Shown here one piece after another: positions 60,201-64,000 of a DNA stretch of 64,000 nucleotides; positions within the stretch are counted from its first letter, which is position 1, and every line of letters starts with the position of its first letter. A model generated the notes under the pieces. It saw nothing but the letters and a program-made list of their open reading frames with translations, did no database searches and was not told the origin of the DNA. The DNA is taken from assembly GCA_016839555.1 (NCBI GenBank), contig JAEOUA010000011.1, positions 160,001 to 224,000 on the forward strand. Reading direction: 5' to 3'. The DNA comes from Promethearchaeota archaeon (GTDB lineage: Archaea; Asgardarchaeota; Lokiarchaeia; Sigyniarchaeales; SOKP01). The translations under genes and the position numbers were made by a program.

Positions 60201-61889
60201 AATTTTTCAAACTTGGAAGATGATTGGTTTCTCGAAGAAATAAATTTAACAGATTACAAAGGAAATTATGTAAAATTTAGATTTAATGCATCTTTAGATG
60301 AAAAACCAGATTTTATTTATTATAAAGGTTTTATGCTAGACTATTTTGCTATTGAAAATGCATCCAATATATCCCCTCCAGAAATCAATTTTAATTTAAG
60401 TAAAAATATACATTTCTCTCAAGATTTAAAATATCAGAAAGTTAAATTTTCTTTAGAATATTTTGATCAAGATAATAATTATCCTGAATATGTCTATCTT
60501 GAAATTAATAATGATAATTATTCTATGATTAATTATTTTGGAGATTGGAATGCTAGTTCCAATAAACCTGAAGATAAAGGGATTTATTTTGTACGATCTT
60601 TAAATTTAAATGAGATTTTAAATCAATCCTTTAAATTTTACGTTTCAGATGGTAATTTTACTAATTCAACTATACGTTATAATACAAATAATGAATTAAT
60701 TACGTTTAATACTCCAGAATTATTAGAATATAATGTTTATCAACAAGAAATTCCTATAGGATTTTTATTTTCTAATTCTTTAGAAAATCTTTATGTAATT
60801 GGTACACCTATTAAAACAGAAAGAACAGCTTGGCTACGAGGAGATAATACATGGCACATTATACATAAATTATATCGTGAGTATTTCTATGGAGGAATGG
60901 GACAAGGATTTAGTGAAAGTTTTAGAGGTTATGGGCAAAATTGGGATGCTCAATTAATTACCAAACCAATTAGAGTTTTATCAAAAGATAAGATATTTTT
61001 AGAATTTAAATATGAAATAGATCTCGAATATGAGGGGTCTCGTCCTGAGGATGAAAGAGATTATTGTCAAGTTTCGATTTCTAGTGATTTTGGAGAAACT
61101 TGGAAAATTTTGAAAAATTATTATTCTGATCCTGAAATGATCCTAAAAGGAAATGAAAGTATAGATATCTCTAGTTATAGAGGTGAGACTGTTATGATAA
61201 AATTTTCTCTTCATTCTAATGATTACGCTGGAGGATCCCCCGGTTATGGTTGGTTGCTATCTGATATTTATATTGGCTACGATAGAAATAAAGATCATAC
61301 TTCTCAAAATATTTTTAGTCTCTATGGTTATTTTTCAACTATTTATGATGAAGAGCAGATTAAAGCAAATCAAATAATTGATCCGATATTAATTTTTTAT
61401 ATTATTTGTGGAATAGCATTCTCAATTGTGTCGATTTTCATTATATATAAATCAGCATTATATCTAATAGGTATAAGAAATAAGATTATATCAAGAGAAA
61501 GAATTAAACAAGATTCGATATTAAGAACATTAATGACTAAGAAAAAAAGTTCAGATATTATTGCCGAAATAAAATATCTGGAAAAAACTCAAGCAGAGAA
61601 TCCTTTAATATTATATTGTAAATATTGTAAATCTTGGTTTTATACTAATAAAAAATATGATATAATCTGTCCTATTTGTGAAAAAGATCAAATTTATGCT
61701 GCTTATAATTGTATTAATTGTGATAAATGGTACTTTAAGGACAAACCAGATACAAATTATTATTGTGATGAATGCAATATCAAACTTTTAAAACAAGATA
61801 AAGAAATTATTGAAAATTTAATTCATGAAAAAGGAAAGATTTTACAAGAATATACAAAAAAGAAAGACCAATTTAGTATTTTGGATTGA
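57270..61889 (+). CDS. Membrane-anchored S8 subtilase with repeated accessory domains and a cytoplasmic Zn-ribbon tail
   Basis: IAVLDSGID, GHGTFIGSVIAG, AVGN, KPDIVAPG, GTSIS and EGYGRVN; TM helix near the C-terminus, followed by four CxxC pairs. ATG at 57270 follows GGAGG. Confidence 0.9.
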   Translation: MNKNKSKSKKVFIITALLLFSSFLFIFLPKDNSSSQLPAGLNKQAIYSSDDSDNNSYLIVYFKNSTYNPGVKNKFEFYGGIVHKNWNDTFESFSGFSGIIPISNKSLFQEYIENEVPNATLENDEIIEAQLNFASFQTGAVNSTWFNNGYKGDTNSSIAVLDSGIDLSHIFLQDKVIDNKSFVDGESPLDIYGHGTFIGSVIAGTGKDPYNSTLPNQIYIKQNYTHSEIFGFSIEPKNYSIKIATFNISEPNEYISVNSSWKLITEGIDEFWVQIYYNGELVNSSFNENQSQYYLIKHKISKDELGLYDVIIKYSKESYKNPHFSISSYIEFFPEFYVQNYNYFTGIANGSKLVNYKVLNNSGKGRVSNLISALEFVYKNKNSSKIISVCLSVGTLGNDISAINRVIDEISDEGILVIIAVGNYGIQNFETLNTLGKNRNSIVVGAINDDDQVTSYSSMGKIIDGGMIKPDIVAPGGSKIVQHRNIISAAANTNITSSSYGTSISTAIIAAAINILIEAKWNNWIQWNSLNTTKWSKIMKSILLMTATETYLEREDDPNTEVDESQYSPSLYQAQINSTHRAGLKDEHEGYGRVNIQAAIDALTKTISPNITYEGHLVSSRNNPLGTHAFARKVNLIADHQYLFNLTDINLFSTFDLYLYSNETNRFGEPILLASSRKSYNSFDYLYFTPRKNETNPILVIKAINGESNFTFNLTEVENIFDPKLKIPEVSYINGPKNTTVLSLSEIQGDKPEYNITLDRYKFYVEYFDNDTANVPPQQVYVYIQELAKNFTLTQLNPEDNNYTNGAIFSSQYIELPENKTYHYRFYVKDGLRNAILPIDIFNFFEIDIYFPPVIKHLEYHHHFNIGLDNWTITGTGWDLLIQNNLNDNRSRVYENDWKSIYFGSYHNYPKNYTYQPIGTETYLNGSFTSPYFNLTGLGEDFVPIAKIGSRVSINDLDSINLYINVNGTGWKSTPLRNFSNLEDDWFLEEINLTDYKGNYVKFRFNASLDEKPDFIYYKGFMLDYFAIENASNISPPEINFNLSKNIHFSQDLKYQKVKFSLEYFDQDNNYPEYVYLEINNDNYSMINYFGDWNASSNKPEDKGIYFVRSLNLNEILNQSFKFYVSDGNFTNSTIRYNTNNELITFNTPELLEYNVYQQEIPIGFLFSNSLENLYVIGTPIKTERTAWLRGDNTWHIIHKLYREYFYGGMGQGFSESFRGYGQNWDAQLITKPIRVLSKDKIFLEFKYEIDLEYEGSRPEDERDYCQVSISSDFGETWKILKNYYSDPEMILKGNESIDISSYRGETVMIKFSLHSNDYAGGSPGYGWLLSDIYIGYDRNKDHTSQNIFSLYGYFSTIYDEEQIKANQIIDPILIFYIICGIAFSIVSIFIIYKSALYLIGIRNKIISRERIKQDSILRTLMTKKKSSDIIAEIKYLEKTQAENPLILYCKYCKSWFYTNKKYDIICPICEKDQIYAAYNCINCDKWYFKDKPDTNYYCDECNIKLLKQDKEIIENLIHEKGKILQEYTKKKDQFSILD

Positions 61890-61929
61890 AATATTGAATA
61901 AAGAAAACTAAAAAAATAATTAAGAACAA

Positions 61930-64000
61930 ATGAATATAAGAAAATATCTGTATGAATTAAAATCAAGGTTCACCTTTCAAGCATTAAAACAAAGTTGGCT
62001 TGATCTTAAACGAGATAAGGCAAAATTGATTTTCGCCATATCAGGGTTAGCCATAAGCATTTTTCTATTGGTTGCTATCGGAACTATTAATGATACCCTT
62101 AACTACAATTATATTCAAATCGCAACTGAAAATTCTTCTGAAGCGGATCTCATTATAGCTAAAAATCCCACTACAGGTTTAACTTATGATCCTTATTTTA
62201 ATGAAAGCATAATTACTAAAAAGCTAGCAGGAGTTCCTGGTGTGGAACAATTTTTTCCTCGTATCACTATGCTTATTGAAGCTGGTTCTGAAAATACAAA
62301 TAAAAATGCAACAGTGCAAATGTATGGAATAGATTTTTTGACGGAATTTATAAGTGGTGATATGGGAGATCTAAAACTTGCCACTAAATTTTTCACTACA
62401 GATTTTATCTATCCTGGGAAACCTGATAAGGGGGAATGTATAGTTTTAAAAAGTGTAGCAGAATATCTAAACGTTTCAAGAGGAGACACCATCCATTTAA
62501 CTTACCAACAATTTGAACAAGATTTTGTGGTTGATCAGGTATGCACACAAGATAATAAATTTATGCAATTTGAAACTGCACTAATAATTTTGAATTTAGA
62601 AGACGCGCAAGAATTCTTGAATAAAGAAAATAAAATTAATTTCATCTATGGAACATTATTAAATCCGGAATCAATCTATGATGCGAGTAATATAGACACG
62701 ACAGTACAGAAAGCAAGACAAATCGGTACATATGTACAGTTAAGGTTAGATATAAATCAATATTATGTTTCAATGCCAAAATTAGAGGAATTAATTCAAG
62801 GAGAATATTTTTTAATGACCGTCACGGTTATTTTCTGGTTTATAATAATGCTTACTATGTTGATCACTTCTATCTTGATAAATTCTATATTATCAACCTC
62901 TGCGGAAGAACGAATGAGAGAATTTGGCATTTTACGTGTGGTCGGGGGTCAGAAAAAATTTCCTATTAAAATTGTATTGATTGAAGGGCTTATTTTGGGT
63001 ATAATAGGATCAATTATAGGAGTAATTTTAGGATATTTCTTAACTGAACCAATTTCAAGGTTATTTTTATCAAACTATAATTTTGGGTTTTCTGATTTAA
63101 CATTTGTCATACAATCAACAACGATAATTTCTGCCGCGATAATTGGAATTTTAGTAAGTCTAATTGTATCTTTTATACCCGCTATCAAAGCGGCGCGAAA
63201 AGATTTGATTAAATCGATTACCCCATTTAGAGCCGAGGAGGAAGGTTTCGAAATTAAAAAAGAGACAAGTGTAAAATTAAAATTAATGTTAGTAGGAATA
63301 GCTCTCTCCATTGTAGGGATCATTATGTTTATTTTAATGCCAAGAATATTGATTACAAATGATACTATGCTTATTAATGGGCTATTTATTGGGCTTCTGA
63401 TTACAATTTTAATAGGTTTGGTATTTGCGTCTATAGGAATAATTCCATTAATCCAAAGCCTCCTTTTAGGAGTAATATCTCCCTTAATAAAAAAATATTA
63501 TCAGATTGTAAAAATTTCGCTTAAACGATATAGAAGGAGAAATATTAGCACTATATTAATGTTTGCGATGTCGTTTTCATTTATCTTCTTCATCACAGGA
63601 TTAGTGGAAATGGAGGAAAAAAACTCAATCCTCTCCTTAAATTTTCAATATGGTTCTGATATAGTGTTAACAAATAAAGAGGGAAGGGATGTGGAAAATT
63701 CAATCACTCTGGAAATGATTAATGAAATTAAAGTAATGCCAAATGTAGAACAAATTGCTATAGTGCTTCATAATAGTATTGATCTTCAATCTATTCTTGG
63801 CTCATTATTTTCGGGATCGCTAGAATCAGGTGAAGAATCTCAAGAAGAACTATTTCAGGCGATTTTCGAATATTATTTAGGCGCGGAACGAACAAAATAT
63901 ATTGTCCATGCATCGGATATAGCCCAATATTCTGAAGTAGATGCGGGATTCATAGGAATTAATCCCAATTTTATAAATATAATAGATAGAGATCTTATTA
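61930..64000 (+). CDS. Second FtsX/MacB-type ABC permease (runs off the window end)
   Basis: Not in the ORF track because there is no stop in the window. MNIRKYLYELKSRF...DLKRDKAKLIFAISGLAISIFLL; SAEERMREFGILRVVGG; RYRRRNIST; QYGSD. Paralogous to 50301..53270. Confidence 0.9.
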   Translation, partial: MNIRKYLYELKSRFTFQALKQSWLDLKRDKAKLIFAISGLAISIFLLVAIGTINDTLNYNYIQIATENSSEADLIIAKNPTTGLTYDPYFNESIITKKLAGVPGVEQFFPRITMLIEAGSENTNKNATVQMYGIDFLTEFISGDMGDLKLATKFFTTDFIYPGKPDKGECIVLKSVAEYLNVSRGDTIHLTYQQFEQDFVVDQVCTQDNKFMQFETALIILNLEDAQEFLNKENKINFIYGTLLNPESIYDASNIDTTVQKARQIGTYVQLRLDINQYYVSMPKLEELIQGEYFLMTVTVIFWFIIMLTMLITSILINSILSTSAEERMREFGILRVVGGQKKFPIKIVLIEGLILGIIGSIIGVILGYFLTEPISRLFLSNYNFGFSDLTFVIQSTTIISAAIIGILVSLIVSFIPAIKAARKDLIKSITPFRAEEEGFEIKKETSVKLKLMLVGIALSIVGIIMFILMPRILITNDTMLINGLFIGLLITILIGLVFASIGIIPLIQSLLLGVISPLIKKYYQIVKISLKRYRRRNISTILMFAMSFSFIFFITGLVEMEEKNSILSLNFQYGSDIVLTNKEGRDVENSITLEMINEIKVMPNVEQIAIVLHNSIDLQSILGSLFSGSLESGEESQEELFQAIFEYYLGAERTKYIVHASDIAQYSEVDAGFIGINPNFINIIDRDLI

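Noticed and set aside
1-64000. CRISPR arrays, tRNA/rRNA genes, IS elements, integrases, selenoprotein TGA readthrough
   Set aside because: None recognised on reading. A tRNAscan/Infernal run would be needed to fully exclude small RNAs.

Overview
AT-rich archaeal chromosomal window. It most likely comes from an Asgard archaeon (Lokiarchaeia-like); this is inferred from the combination of H4MPT genes (mtd, ftr), archaeal glyS, rps10 and TFS-like genes, and longin, Roadblock-like, RING and PCI-like domains. No rRNA, tRNA, CRISPR array or transposase was recognised. Housekeeping content includes glyS, rps10, argF, an IMPase/FBPase, a 3-methyladenine glycosylase, a beta-decarboxylating dehydrogenase, nucleotide-sugar dehydrogenases and transporters. 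The most notable items are: (1) a >15 kb operon (49090 to the window end) linking a MacB/LolD-type ABC ATPase with extra N-terminal and PCI-like C-terminal domains, two FtsX-type permeases, a 1300-aa DUF11-type surface protein and a 1540-aa membrane-anchored subtilase with a cytoplasmic Zn-ribbon tail; (2) a full-length Bud23/WBSCR22-like methyltransferase; (3) a stand-alone C4C4 (Not4-type) RING protein followed by an unannotated C/D-box sRNA and a longin-domain gene; (4) a high-GC, probably horizontally acquired hydrolase fused to a host-like tail, with a palindromic operator and an apparent ATA start; (5) a small gene-decay zone containing an amber-interrupted trmO and a headless CDF/NifX remnant missed by the ORF track; (6) a rubrerythrin scaffold that has lost its di-iron ligands but carries three rubredoxin-like modules. 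All family calls come from motif recognition by eye; no searches were run.
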